Below are positions 24,501-38,741 of a DNA stretch of 64,000 bases, piece after piece (positions within the stretch are counted from its first letter, which is position 1; each line of letters opens with the position of its first letter). The notes under the pieces are model-generated. The model was not told where the DNA came from. It did no database searches and saw only the letters and a program-made list of their open reading frames with translations. The stretch spans positions 333,312,001-333,376,000 of the forward strand of contig OZ024740.1 of assembly GCA_964016885.1 (NCBI GenBank), written 5' to 3'. Origin of the DNA: Eledone cirrhosa (lineage: Eukaryota). The translations under genes and the position numbers were made by a program.

Positions 24501-26955
24501 AAAGAGAGATTAGAGTAATGTCAATAGAGTTTTGCAAAGAAGTAGAGTTAGAGAAAAATAGAAAGGAGGGGGAGTTGGTAGATAAGTTAGACGACGCTAT
24601 TAGTAGTGGCATTGCAACTAACGTGCTAGCGGCGAGAAAGGCATTACACCATTTCTTCAATTCGAAACACGAAGGTTGCATTGTCAGAGCTAAGGTACGT
24701 GCCCTAAGAAACGTGGGAACCAAAGCTGTTCGATGGGCCCGCGTTGCAGAGGTGCAACGTGGTAATAAATCCACGATTCGATCTTTGACGGACCGAGACG
24801 GACACGAGCTGAGCGATTCCAAGCGAATGTTTGAGGCCTTTCGCCAACATTTTGCTAGGTTGTTAGGAGGAAGTTGCGGGTCAGAGATGGTGGCGGACTT
24901 CAGTCCTTACCTCGATGGCTGGCCGCAACTCTCGACGGCCGACGCTGGGCGCTGCGAAAGGCCGATTACTTCAGCCGAGATTCAGGATGCCCTTGTCGGC
25001 TGCATGAGGCGCAAGTCAAGCGGTTTGGATGGTCGGCCCTACGAGCTTTAGGTAAATATGCCAGACTTGTTCTCTAATCTCCTCCAAGCGCTCTACTGCA
25101 ACTGGCTGCAGAACGAGAGTATTCCCAGTTCTGTGAGCCAGGGCGTAGTGACGCTGATAAGGAAAGACGAGAACAAGAGGGACACATTAGACAATTTCTG
25201 GCCTATAACTCTGCTCAACACAGAGTTTAAGCTGGATCATTGCAATGCACAGCGGCACGTGCTCGGTTGTGAAAATATAATGGCCACCTTTCGGAACCGT
25301 TTCAGGTCTCCCGATCGGTCCGTCAAGGGTGCCACCTCTCCTCCCTCCTCTATGTATTTACTCTGGAGCCTATAGTGCGGAAGCTGGAGCTGTTGCAGGG
25401 CATCCCGCTCGAATCGGGACGCGGAAATGCTGTGTCGTCTTATGCGGACAACATCACCGTGATGGTGTCGGACACCTCAGAAATCGAGGTGGTCGGCAAC
25501 TTATTGGAGGAATATGAAAGGTTGACGGGAGCAAAACTTAACCCGGAAGAGTCGATGGGCTTGCAACTCGGCACCTGGAGAGGCAAGTCCATGCCATCCA
25601 ACAACGTCGTTAGGCGCTGGACGGACGGACCGGTAAAGTTGCTCGGCGTTCGGTTCGGGCCACACCTCCAGATGGATAAGAATTGGGACGAGGTGACGGG
25701 CAGTGTAGCCAGTCTCACACACAAATGGGCTGGGAGGAAGCTATCACTGAAAGCTCGGGCGGAAGTGACGAACGCGTACGTCGAGTCCGTCATCTACTAC
25801 CGTCAGACTGTCGTCCCTTGCCCCCATTCGCGCCTCGCCATCTTGGAGCGGCTCCTCTTCAAATGATTGTGGTGGGGTCAGGTTCTGCTGGTGAGGCGGT
25901 CCATCTGCTGCCAGCAGCCTCTACGTGGAGGGCTGGGCATGCCATGGCTAATGATGGGCAAACACGTGCTGAGGCTGCTGCATCTCCAGATATTCTGCCT
26001 AAACGGTGAGCAGGTGTGGTCACCGTTTGTCAGACTGTTCTTTCCGCTGCTCGTCTCTTTGACTGAGCTGCAGTCCTGGGTCAAGAAGAGATCGAGACTG
26101 GGTGACTGGTATCTGGAATGTTGCCAGGCACTAACTGCCCTCTACCTGGCGGGCAATGCAGTCAGTGGAACTCTCTCGAGTTCTATAGCGGATTATTGGT
26201 GGGCAAGTGCGACCTCGCATTCAGAGAGGCTCTGGGACTCGACGAAGTCGATCTAACCAGTCTGTTCCGGAGGACTTTCGAGCCGGGGACGACGGATAAT
26301 TTCCAAAACTCCCTCGCTTGGTAGTGCTACCGGGGAACACTGCCGGTTCGAGATAAACTCTACAGGCACGGAAGTGCTGTCAGACGGAGCTACCCAAGAT
26401 GTGCGCAGAGCGACGAAACCGTTCTGCACGCACTCGTCCAGTGTCCGTGCATTACTGACTTGTGGAGTTACGTCGAACAGCTGTTGTCGCGTGTAGAACG
26501 GATCGGCTATCGGCCGAGTCCATAGTAAAGATCGATCCGTCACCTTACTTTGGCCAGGAAGGGCAGGCAATTATCCTCTGTCTAGTGGCAGTAGTGAAAG
26601 AGGTTGTATGGTGGACGAGGTTGAAAGTACTGAAGACAGATACTTTTCTCTTCGGCGAATCCCTCATCAACTTTTTCAAGTTTCACCTGGAAAGGAATGT
26701 GAGGGTGGATATTTACTGAAAGGTGGGTGAATGTGGCGAGAATGGCCCGTGTGAGTGGGCCTACTCTGGTCATGCGCCTGTAGGTGGGTAAATTTTAGGA
26801 GGAGAGGTGTGCCCTTCCAGGGTGCTCTCGTAGCGTCGGCTCGTTCAGGATTGGTGGGGTACCTGAGCGAACCCTGGGTGCTCATCCCCCCTATTGGGGA
26901 ATTTTTCTTGTTGTATTTTTCTTGTTACTTTGTTATTGTTATTCATATTGTTTAC
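21534..26955 (+). mobile_element. Tx1/L1-clade element, near full length, decayed (copy 2)
   Basis: Low-complexity ORF1 with CFVCGEKTH knuckle. ORF2 from 23667: LRVGSLNVRGL, VAVSET, SDHK, YADN. Part of the RT is deleted near 25230. Confidence 0.9.
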
Positions 26956-26959
26956 TCGA

Positions 26960-27130
26960 TATCGGTAGAGGGTTGTACGCCATGCTTTCTAGCATAGTTA
27001 CGTCCCTTTACAATCTGAGTTCAAATCCCGCCGAGGTTAACTTTGCCTTTCATCCTTACGGTTCGATAAAATAAAGTACCAGTAATGTACTGGGAAATTT
27101 GCTGGCCTTGTGTCTAAACTAGAAACAATT
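26960..27130 (+). mobile_element. SINE family 1
   Basis: GAGTTCAAATCCCGCCGAGGTTAACTTTGCCTTTCATCCTTACGG...AGAAACAATT. Confidence 0.85.
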
Positions 27131-27145
27131 GTTTTTAATAGAAAA

Positions 27146-27147
<2 letters not shown>

Positions 27148-27220
<73 letters not shown>

Positions 27221-27221
27221 T

Positions 27222-27257
<36 letters not shown>
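27148..27257. repeat. (AGT)n microsatellite
   Basis: Direct. Confidence 0.95.
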
Positions 27258-28292
27258 ACGGCGGTGGGGTGATGGGGTTGGTGGTGTTTGAGTGGTGGCG
27301 GCGGCGTGGGTGGCGATGGTGGCGGTGGTGTTGGTGGTGGCGTTGGAGTGGTGGTGGTGGTCGTGGTGATATCAGTAGTATTTCGACAAATCAATATGTA
27401 AACCATGAATGTGTAAATTCAATAATCTGCTGAAGTAGCACTTTTCACTTCATTTGAGTCGTTCTAATAATTTATATCACTTCTAATCTTAAATCAAGAT
27501 AGTGATCCCCTACTGAGATATAGTAGTTGCTATCATCATGTAGTAGCATAGTATTTCTGTTATATTAACGTATTCAACATCTTTCACACGTAGAGAAAGT
27601 TTAATAGAAGATAATAATTATGTATAAAGTGGAAGATATAAAGAACGAACAGATAATTCCGTTGTTTTGCTCATTGATTAGATAGAAACGCTACGTTGTC
27701 ATCTTGCAGTTAGGAAGAAGGCAATTATGAACATGATGACAGTGGTAAGGTGGTTTATGTTACTGCTAAGATACAGATTATCTCTGAAAGGGGTCATCCC
27801 TAATTAAGGATGTTCTCGCTGTAAGCAGCCCGATATTTTCTTTTAAATCTGATAATGCTTGACCAATGTGCTACTCTTCGTATATGACAATGCTACTGTA
27901 TGATACGTGTGAGATGTTGCTACCAGGTCTAAAGCCACCGATGACGATGACGACTACAACGTTAATAAAAATTATGACCATGATTGTAATGTGTTTCAAT
28001 CACTATAAATTTCACAGATTATAGCATATTATAGTTAATTAATGTTTTATAGCTTACTCAGCGCTGTAATCACTTTAATATAAAAAAAACATTCGACTCC
28101 TAACATATTCCTTTGCTCCCCACACAGTGTCAGTTTAGAAATAATTTACACGATTTTTTTCGAATTTAGAAAGTTATTTGGAAAAGACTTGACTGAAGGT
28201 ATGTAGAATTGGGATATGACTTATTCTATATTTATAAATATAGTATATTTTTGTTTTCATAACCTCTGAACGTCAACACGTCATGCATTTTT

Positions 28293-28480
28293 GGCAGTGG
28301 TTTGGCAGTATCGGGAGAGCGTCAGATACCATGCTTTTCAGCATAGAGTTATGACCCTTTACGTTCTCAGTTCAAATTCTGCCAGGTTAACTTTCCCTTT
28401 CATCTTTACGGGGTCGATAAAATAAAGCACCAGTAATGCACTGGCGTAATTGCTGGCCTTGTGCCAAAAGAAGAAACATT
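28293..28480 (+). mobile_element. SINE family 1, near full length
   Basis: GGCAGTGGTTTGGCAG head, GTTCAAATTC box, family core and tail. Confidence 0.85.
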
Positions 28481-28518
28481 AATATTAATGAAACAATTAA
28501 TTAGAGTTTACGTTTGAT

Positions 28519-28710
28519 AATTGTTTCTACTTTTGGCACAAAGCCAGCTATTATCCTAGTTTATTACTGGTACTTTATTTTATCGTCCCCGTAAGACTGA
28601 AAGGTAAAGTTAACCTCGGCGGGACTTGAACTCAGAATGACAAGGGCCGTAACTCAATGCGTCAAAGCATGGCGTCCAACCTTCTACCGATACTTTCAAT
28701 CTACTGCCCG
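28519..28710 (-). mobile_element. SINE family 1 with target-site duplication
   Basis: Flanked by TTACGTTTGATAAT (28508) and TTACGTTTAATAAT (28712). Confidence 0.85.
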
Positions 28711-30534
28711 CTTACGTTTAATAATACGCACTAAATGATTCCATTAAGGCAATCTCTTCACTCTTGCAAAGTATGTTTTTAATGATGATCTCACTTTCAT
28801 AATTCCAGTTTCGTTATATTGCGAACTGATAGACAATTACAGTTTAATCCCGGACACGATATATTCATTTAAGACGAAGTGTGAATGTGTAATAGTCTGA
28901 AATGTTGAGATTGAATCTTAAGATCGGAAAGTGGTTTAAGATTTACAATATGTGGAATTTCAAAGTAAATTTTCTTCGGTTAAATTCTAAACATGATATT
29001 CTATTGAAACACATGATCAATCGAAAAACATTTTGTGTTGTGACATGTCACATCCCTTTTATATAAGCATCTGGAAATATTGCTTATATTAGCACAAGGT
29101 GTACAACTATGTCATTTAATTTACGTGATTGAATGAAACAATGCACTCCAAGTATTAATTAATCACTTACAAATTCCAAATGCACTCAATATATTGACGA
29201 TTTCTAACGAAGATATATGATACTTATATTTCTGTTCAATTAGTATATGTTCAAAAATGTGTATGTGTAACAGATGCATTGTGATATTTTATGTTTTTAC
29301 GTATTTATCATCCAGAGCTATATTTGTTGTATTTTAACTGTATAATGAAGCTGAAAAGATCGGTATATATCAAATGCCAAACTATATTGGTTCCCCAAAT
29401 CATATACTAGAAGAACAATAGCAAATTTATGATTTTTACTGAAACGCTGAATCAGGCTGCTTATTGAAGCGTAATCAAAATACATTTTCTAATATTTGAT
29501 ATGAAATTCCATTATACAAACTAAGTTTCACGCTTTTCAATCAGTATATATCATACTTCCACACACACACTCACACGCACACATATGCACACACATACAC
29601 ACACACATACACACACACACACACCCACACAAACACACACATATATATATATATATATATATTATGTATGTACATATTAACATCCTTCGAAAAGACTTTA
29701 GACTATCTATATGTAAATAGTAGCCAGAGTTTGTTTACTAACTTCCTGTGTATATCCGTATTTGATATCGATCTTGAGTATTTTCCGATATTTCTATATA
29801 TTTAAATGAAATTATGTTTCATTATTTCGAACTTGAAGAGATTACATAAAAGTGTCGCTTCTGTTTGATAAGATCTGTTTCTTGAGAGAATTATTGCTAC
29901 TGTCTACGATTGATGTAATTATATTGTTCATCCTTTTATCCTAGAAGTTGATAAATAATGCAAATACAGATATCTGTCGGACGAAAGGTACCCTATATCG
30001 TTTTCACATTTTATAATTACTGCCAGAAGAGAATATATGAGATCATATTTTTTGATTGCCTAATTATTGAAATATAATTCACTGAAATGCAATACATTAT
30101 CAATATTATACCAAGTTCATGAGTAAATACATAATTCTCAAGGACTGTCTAATATGACAATACCATTCTCTTACTTATCAACAGAATCGCTAACGTTTAG
30201 ATTAACACACCACACCACGGTCCGCAAAATGTCTCATATAATTGGAAATTTCCAGTCATCTCTCTAGGATATGATAGCAATTATCATGAAGGCAACAGGG
30301 CGTCCTCATTATTTATGTAATTCGAATTATTGGATAAATTACGATACTAAAAGATTATGCATGGAAATAGAGCAAAATAGTTTATTTGATTATTGAACAT
30401 ATCCATTGATGCAGTAGGTATAACCTTTCAGGTATTATTTATATTATCTAGAAATAAATAGTTATTCAGACACGTTTTACACGCTCACACACACACATAC
30501 ATACGAACACATATACATAAATACACACATACAT

Positions 30535-30603
<69 letters not shown>

Positions 30604-30680
30604 ACGAAGGAAATGTGGTAAGGAACCAGGTGGACCATAACGCACCAAAGTACTCAATACTTGGGGTAGTAGTCCTGGTT

Positions 30681-30724
<44 letters not shown>

Positions 30725-31192
30725 TATATATTTATTTGAGAAAAGGGAAGAATAGCTTCACTGGTGGTGGGAGTGCTTTAATATTTTAGATTTTTACAAT
30801 CAGCCGTTATTTATATCGCATGAATACATTAATATAAAAGTACATTTTTTGCACACTCCTCACATTTATATATGTGTGTATGTGTGTGTAAGCGTATGCG
30901 TACTTAGTGAGAGATGGGAATATAGACCGAGATATTGACTGAGATGGGAGAGATGATATAGATATGTTTCACTGTGTGTATATATGTATGCATGCAAATG
31001 CTACATGGAGGCATTATAGAGTTCTAGTATATTGTTTTAAGGTCAGTTGAAGCACCCTCACACACACACATTCAAACGTGTCCGCTTGAATATGTGTCTA
31101 TGTATAAAACAGATATATAAATATATATTATACCCCCCCCACACACACACACACACGCACACCCCCCACACATATATATATATATATATATA

Positions 31193-32687
31193 GTAATAAT
31201 AATAAATTTGAAGACTAAAATCCAAATGACGTCACTTTCAACTTATATCTGGAGTCTAAAAGACAACAACACACAATATAAGTTACACTGGGAGATCCTA
31301 GCTAGGGCTAGATCGTATAACGGAAAAAAACCTCTGCGCTGCTGATGCCCTGGAAATACTCTACGCCAAAGACCACATCTTAAACAAAAAATCTGAGGCA
31401 ATTTCGGCTTGTAAACATAAATTGCACAAAACTTTCCTGTATTACAGCCCCATATTATACCCTAACGGATAGTACGAACTACATGCGGATATTTTACGTC
31501 TTAATGTGGTAGCTGAGCATATGTTATGTTTATACCATTACTTATTTGTATAGGTAAGTATATATTACCTGTATGTTTTGTGAAGGTACTTATACTTTCT
31601 CCTACGTTTATTTGATGTTATGGCATATATATTATATATTCTGGTACATATGATGTTGGTCATGTGTATACGTGAGTTTTGCGTCTGTGTAAGTATGAGG
31701 TACGTATACTTTCTCGTACGTATATTTGATTGTATATGTTATGGCGTATACTTTTTTTTATATATTCTGGTACTTATGATTTGGTTATGTGTATACGGGA
31801 GTTCGGCATCTGTGTAGAGTATGCAGGTTCGTACGTATGTAGGGTGTGTGTATATGTGTACTTCATGTTTTGGTTGAGTTACGTCTCCGAACATTTGTGC
31901 ATTTACATGTAGGTATGTGTGTGCGCTTGTTATATACGTATTTGTTTATTTATTTACGTTTATTTAATTATTTATTTATTTGTATACACGCACACACACA
32001 CGCACATATTTATATGTGCGTGGTTCTGTATACCTATGGCAAGTGTTTTCGCGTATGCTTGTGTATGTACGTATGGGCATGCGTGTATGTATTTATTTAA
32101 TTTCTATTACCTCTGTATTGTATTTTATTTATTTATTCTTATCTCTGAAGCGGAGATTCATTCGATTTCCTAGTTAGAATTTTAGTCTACGACTTCAGCT
32201 ATACCACTTACGTGGTTTTGTCTTTGCGTGCAATTGTTCTCCACGCTCCACATATGACGTATTTTCTTCGTGTTTTCCGTTCATTGCTAGAGAACGTCTC
32301 TATGAACCACCTAAGAGAACATTAGTCTACGACTTATTTTATACCATAAACGTGGTTCTGTCTTTGCGCGTAATTGTTTTTCACCGCTCCTATTAATGAC
32401 GTATTATATTCGTTTTTTCCCGTTCTTTGCCAGGCAACGTTTCCACGAACCAAAGTATCGTCTTCCTGTTTTCCTCCGGTTGCAACGTTTTTTGAAATAT
32501 CCACTTCTGCGTTTACAGATTGACTTTGTTAGTTTAAAAGATCCCGTTAAGGGTGAAAGCAGCGATTCTTTGCTTAAACCTTAATCTGTTATTTTAATAA
32601 ATATTTGCTCTACGCTTCTTATATATTTGATATATATTTATCCTTATCGAGCCCTCTTTGGATTTTAGTCTTCAAATGTATTATTAT

Positions 32688-32690
<3 letters not shown>
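31193..32690 (+). mobile_element. 5'-truncated PLE with 34-bp inverted termini, inserted in (TA)n
   Basis: GIY-YIG C-terminus TSLSTYIWSLKDNN...WEIL...LNKKSEAISACKH at ~31228-31430. 31193-31226 is the reverse complement of 32657-32690 (1 mismatch). Confidence 0.8.
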
Positions 32691-32757
<67 letters not shown>

Positions 32758-32822
32758 ATATAAATACTATCGATATTTAGGTTCATGTTAGTGGCGAGGT
32801 GTAGAGCTAAACAGAGTGTAAT

Positions 32823-33001
32823 ATATTAATACAAGGACGATTTGTTAAGCCTTCATTACAACTGCAGAGGTCCGACGAGATGTTGATTCCAGCGTCGGAC
32901 AAGATCAATATGGAGCGAACCTGGAGCTGGTCAATAGCGAAACGCGCGTCACCAATCATTAAACGTAATGAAGGCTTAACAAATCGTCCTTGTATTAATA
33001 T
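32823..33001 (+). mobile_element. 179-bp foldback mini-element: perfect 37-bp inverted repeats around a hammerhead motif
   Basis: 32823-32859 is the exact reverse complement of 32965-33001. Confidence 0.8.
32869..32953 (+). ncRNA. Minimal type I hammerhead ribozyme, U4C variant
   Basis: GGU-CCGACGA-[GAUGUUGAUUCCAGC...GCUGGUCAAUAGC]-GAA-ACGCGCGU-C-ACC: palindromic stem III, GUC cleavage site. Confidence 0.6.
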
Positions 33002-33004
33002 TTG

Positions 33005-33445
33005 AATTTGGCAAAGCTGGCCATTTATCGCTCGTATACAGGAAACTGACTGGCCAGTCTGCTGATATAAAAAACTGGCTGATCAGTGGAGCTGCTAATA
33101 TGCAGATCTGACTGATCAGCCAGTCTGCTAATATGCAAATCAGACCGATCAGTCATTGTGTATTTTTGAAAATAGCATATATTTTCACTAGCTCTGACAG
33201 TCTGGCAGGTGAACAGTCAGCTGTACTGATGAAGGGTGATACCCAGAAACATTAGTGTCTGCAGATCTGTTGACATGCCAACACAAGAGCAAGAATAAAG
33301 GGTTCCTTCTACTGACATGGCTATAAAATTGAGGCTAGTTTGCAAAATTGCAAACGAATCGAATGTTATTATTAATATTCAAAAAACTCAGTTTACATTT
33401 ATTGTATTCAGCCAGGTAGAGTGAACATTTTCTTTTATTTATATA
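33005..33445 (+). mobile_element. Hammerhead-bearing repeat (PLE pLTR or retrozyme monomer)
   Basis: Three 33-bp subrepeats with octamer-like motifs, then the ribozyme, then a tail (33314-33430) that recurs at 60180-60335 (+) and partly at 3880-3940 (-). Confidence 0.65.
33204..33279 (+). ncRNA. Canonical type I hammerhead ribozyme
   Basis: CUGUA-CUGAUGA-A-GGGU-GAU-ACCC-A-GAA-ACA-UUAG-UGU-C-UGCAG. Stem I is extended by AACAG/CUGUU and GGCA/UGCC across internal loops. Confidence 0.85.
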
Positions 33446-34104
33446 TAAACATTTTACGTGTTAAGCATTTCCGTAGAAAAGGTAATGGAAAGAATAGTGA
33501 CATATGTATTGTACAGAGCTATTTAATTACAACACAATATAGGTATTTCATTTCCGAAGGTATCGAGAAATAAGATCATTCTTCAAGAAACATCTAGCTC
33601 GTTCGTCAGACAAAACCATTATCTACATATATATTTCATTTAAAGTTTAATATATTCCCCTATGGTAGAGTTAAAATTTAGCCGGATCGGACTGCTTTTT
33701 CTCGCAGCACGCAACCTGACAATGTCCACCTTACTACCCGCCGAATGATCGCTAGTCACGTAATATTTCTTCCATTTTAAATTTTCACTGGTGGCAAACA
33801 AGGAAACATTATTCTGTCTTGACTGAGAAAGTCTACTGAGTATATTACACTTCTCGCAATATTATGAGTATTGCTTTTTTCTCACAGAAACTGCAATAGG
33901 AACATTACAATAATATTTTTATCTTATCTTGTTTGCTGTTCCCAATTGTGATTATATTAAGCACTGAATGGGTTGTCCTTTGTTAATTCTCTTATAGAGC
34001 AAAACATAGTATCGGTTGGACGTATTTATATGTATATATACTTGTATAAAGATATATATATATTGCTTCATTTAATATACATGTATATACACATATATAT
34101 ATAT

Positions 34105-34294
<190 letters not shown>

Positions 34295-37200
34295 AGATAT
34301 ATATAAAGATATCAGGAAATAAGAGTGACACGGTTTGCTATACAAAAAAGATGTTTAATCTCATTGCTGACAATTGTTTCTCTGAACTGGTAGGTCTAGA
34401 GATCGCTACCCGCTACTTTTCACGTCATTCGATCACCAATACGTAGTTGTAACCAGTCAATTCATCGGAGCTTGAGAGAATGATAGGAATATACAGGCAT
34501 GGCAACCATATATAGTAGTAATGGCATTCAATCAGAACGATAACAACAATACTAACAATGCTAGCAATACATTATTTGAAATAATCACAACATCAATCTA
34601 GGTGAGAAATATAGTATATCTACGATTTTAGCGTGTAAAACTATCTGACATGAGGCAGATGTATAACATTGACATGTAAAAGCTGTCATGGGGTGTATTA
34701 TATATATTGTAAAGATGACCCGGTGGTTTTAAACAATGAACAATTTCCATTACTCTTGGTCTGGTGGCCGTAAGACTCATTTATTATCTGACAGATGAAA
34801 AAAATATAACTGTAGGGAGGATAGTAATATTTGTAGTGCTAGGTTCAATATTTATGTGGTCTATATTAGATGAAGAGTTTGTTTAGCTTTCACATCATCA
34901 ATAACATACATGTATAAGATAACATTAACAGAGTAGCAATATAATAGGGAAGTTAATACAGAGGTTAAAGAGGCAATATATATATATTTATATATATAAA
35001 GAGAAAACATGCTGACTACAATTATAACAGGAGGAAGGTAATATTCTGCTGTAGTAGTATTTTGAAATGTTCCTGGATTTAGGTTCATTTGTTGAGAGTC
35101 AAGGGTGAGGAAGTTGTGTTGACAGCAGCTGAGATGGGATATATTTATGGATTGATAAGTTACTTACAGACATTACTGTGTTATAGAATTAAGAAGGCTA
35201 GAAAGTACTTAATGATTGTATTTCTGTGGTGGTTCGTGCAGTATGGTGGTTATCCTAAGCTGAAAGCTAAGTTACGTCGGTTCGATTCACGGAGGCTTAA
35301 ATCTTGTGAATATAGTGGCGATCCTGTGTCTGCAGAAGATTGATCATTCTAACTTGTTGTTGAGTAGCCTTTTTACATTCCTAAGGATATATAGTAATTC
35401 TAGATCACAGAGCCTAGTGGGACATACTGGTACTGTCAGTTTTTGTGGTCGTTAACCTCGACCAGTTGATATTGTTATTGGCGTTATTGTCCTTAAGTTC
35501 CCAGATTCTTTTGGCGAGGGTTATAGAACCCATAAGTGGACGGATTTTCATCGAGTGTCTTTGAAAATACCAACTTTTGTTAAAAGTACCCGCGGTGTAT
35601 CCAATGTAATGCCAGGTGGTGTTGTCTGAGTTGACCGTACACATGTACACTAGGCTCGAATTAAGGCATCTATTCGCCTATAGGCACCTATCCGGTAGGT
35701 GACAGTTACAGTTTGAGGTGTTATTTCGTGCAGCTTCCACACTGCTGTGGAAGCTGCACGAAACTGTACAGTGCTATAAGTGGGTTGTGATTTATGCCCG
35801 TTGGGGTTTTGCTGCTGCGTGCTTGTATGCGCTTGCGGTTGTGATACTGTGATGTGTTTGTGTTTATAATTTGGTGCTATGTTGCGCATAGGTGGGGCGA
35901 ATTCCGTAGAGGTATTTCTGTGGTTGATCTTGCGTATGTGCAATTCTATATTTGCTGCCGTAGAGTATGAGAGTTTTATTGTTTTTCTATTGAGTATTTT
36001 ATTAAATCTGTGTGAAATAGGGAAGTGCTTATCTATTAGTTTAAAAATAATTTTGAAAATAATTTTAAAAATAATTTTGAAACAAAGCATACTATCAGAT
36101 TAATATGCCCATCTAAGTCAGATATAGGTAAAATTAGCAAGAACCTTCTAGATAGGGTAATCGCACAAATAAAGGGTAAACTAGAAATCAATTTATGGGG
36201 TAACACTAACGAGGCGATTGAATGGTTCAATAAAATACGAAATAGGGAGGCATGTAACTTCATACAATTCGATATAAACGATTACTATGCATCCATATCC
36301 CCAGCCACCCTAGATAAAGCGCTTATATTTGCCCAAAATAACTCCGATCTTACCCCTGAGGAAATTGAAATAATAATAGCGGCTAGAAGGACTATCATAA
36401 AATTTGAAAATAGCTACTGGGTAAGAAAAGATAGGATAAACAGCTTCGATATTACAATGGGATCAAATGACTCTGCGCAAATCACTGACGTCGTGGGACT
36501 ATTTATAGCACACAACCTACATAAGGAATTCAGTAACCTCCAAGGAGGGATTTATAGAGACGACACGCTCCTTATAGCTAGGAACTTAAACAACCAGAGC
36601 ATGAAAAGATTAAGAAAAAACATTAGAACATTCTTCAAAAAACTAGGCCTAAGTATTACCTACGAGCTGAACCATGAAAAGGTGAACTTTCTAGATGTGA
36701 CTCTAAATCTAAATACGGGATTAATGGAACCCTTCCACAAAAATAATGAGAATCTGTCCTAAATTAGTTATAACTCAAACCACCCCAAATCCATAATCAG
36801 ATCCATAGCACGTAGTATATCCCTTAGAATATCCCACCTATGCTCAAACCTAGAAATGTTTAATGAAAATGCTAACTAATATAACGCAGCATTACATAGG
36901 GCCGGACATAAAGATAAGCTGCAGTTTATAACGAATAAAGACACGTTAAACAATCCTACTAGCAATTACACCAACCGCTCACACAAACATAGAGGTAACA
37001 GAACTAGACATAGAGTTAGGCACGTAGTACATAGAGTAAGTAGTCCAAACACAAATAATGTATACCCTAGAAACAATAGAAGAATCAGAGAAAGAATATA
37101 TAAGTGCTAATAGAATCTTCAACTCCTCTGTTAAAACTAGACTGCCTTCTACATTCTTTAAACTAATAGATAAACACTTCCCGATTTCACACAGATATCA

Positions 37201-38167
37201 TAAAATACTCAATAGAAAAACTATAAAACTCTCATACTCTACGGCAGCAAATATAGAATTGCACATACGCAAGATCAACCACAGAAATACCTCTAGGGAA
37301 TCCGCTCCGCCTATGCGCAATATAGCACCAAATTATGAATATAAACACATCACAGTATCACAACCGCATGTCCATACAAGCACGCATCAGCAAAACCCCA
37401 ACGGGCATAAATCACAACCCACTTATAGCACTGTACAAAACAGCAGTGTGGAAGCTGCACGAAATAACACCTCAAACTGTAACTGTCACCTACCGGATAG
37501 GTGCCCATAGGCGAATAGATGCCTTGATTCGAGCCTCGTGTACATGTGTACGGTCAACTCAGACAACTCCCACTGGCATTACATTGGATACACCGCGGGT
37601 ACTTTTAAAAAAAGATGGTATGTGCACAGACACTCGATGAAAAACCGTGCACTTATGGGTTCTACAACCCTCGCCAAAAGAATATGGTAACTTAAGGACA
37701 ATAACACCAACTACAATATCAACTGGTTGTCGACCGCAAAGACGTACAGTACCGGTATGTCCAAATGTAGGCTCTGTGAATTGCTATATATCCTTAGGAA
37801 TGTAAAAAGGCTACTCAACAACAAGTTAGAATGATCAATCTTCTGAAGACACAGGATCGCCACTAAATTCACAAGATTTAAGCATCCGTGAATCGAACCG
37901 ACGTAACTTGGCTTTCAACTTAGGATATCTACTATACTGCACGAACCACCACAGAAATACAATCATTAAGTACTTTCTAGCCTTCTTAATTCTATACCAC
38001 AGTAATGTATGTAAGTACCTTATCAACACATAAATATATCCCATCTCAGCTGGTGTCAACAAAACTTCCCCAGCCTTCACTCTCAACAAATGAACCTAAA
38101 TCCAGGAACATTTCATAATACTACTACAGCAAAAGATTACTATCCTCCATTGTAGTCACCATGTTTT

Positions 38168-38474
<307 letters not shown>

Positions 38475-38485
38475 TATATATTTTT

Positions 38486-38739
<254 letters not shown>

Positions 38740-38741
38740 AA

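Noticed and set aside
32533-32580. Hammerhead-like UAAAAGA-CCC/GGG-GAAAGCA...UGCUU in the PLE tail
   Set aside because: The core has too many deviations; at best a dead relic.
35089-35343. 84-aa ORF duplicated at 37835-38089
   Set aside because: It lies antisense in the PLE inverted terminal repeat, which explains the duplication.
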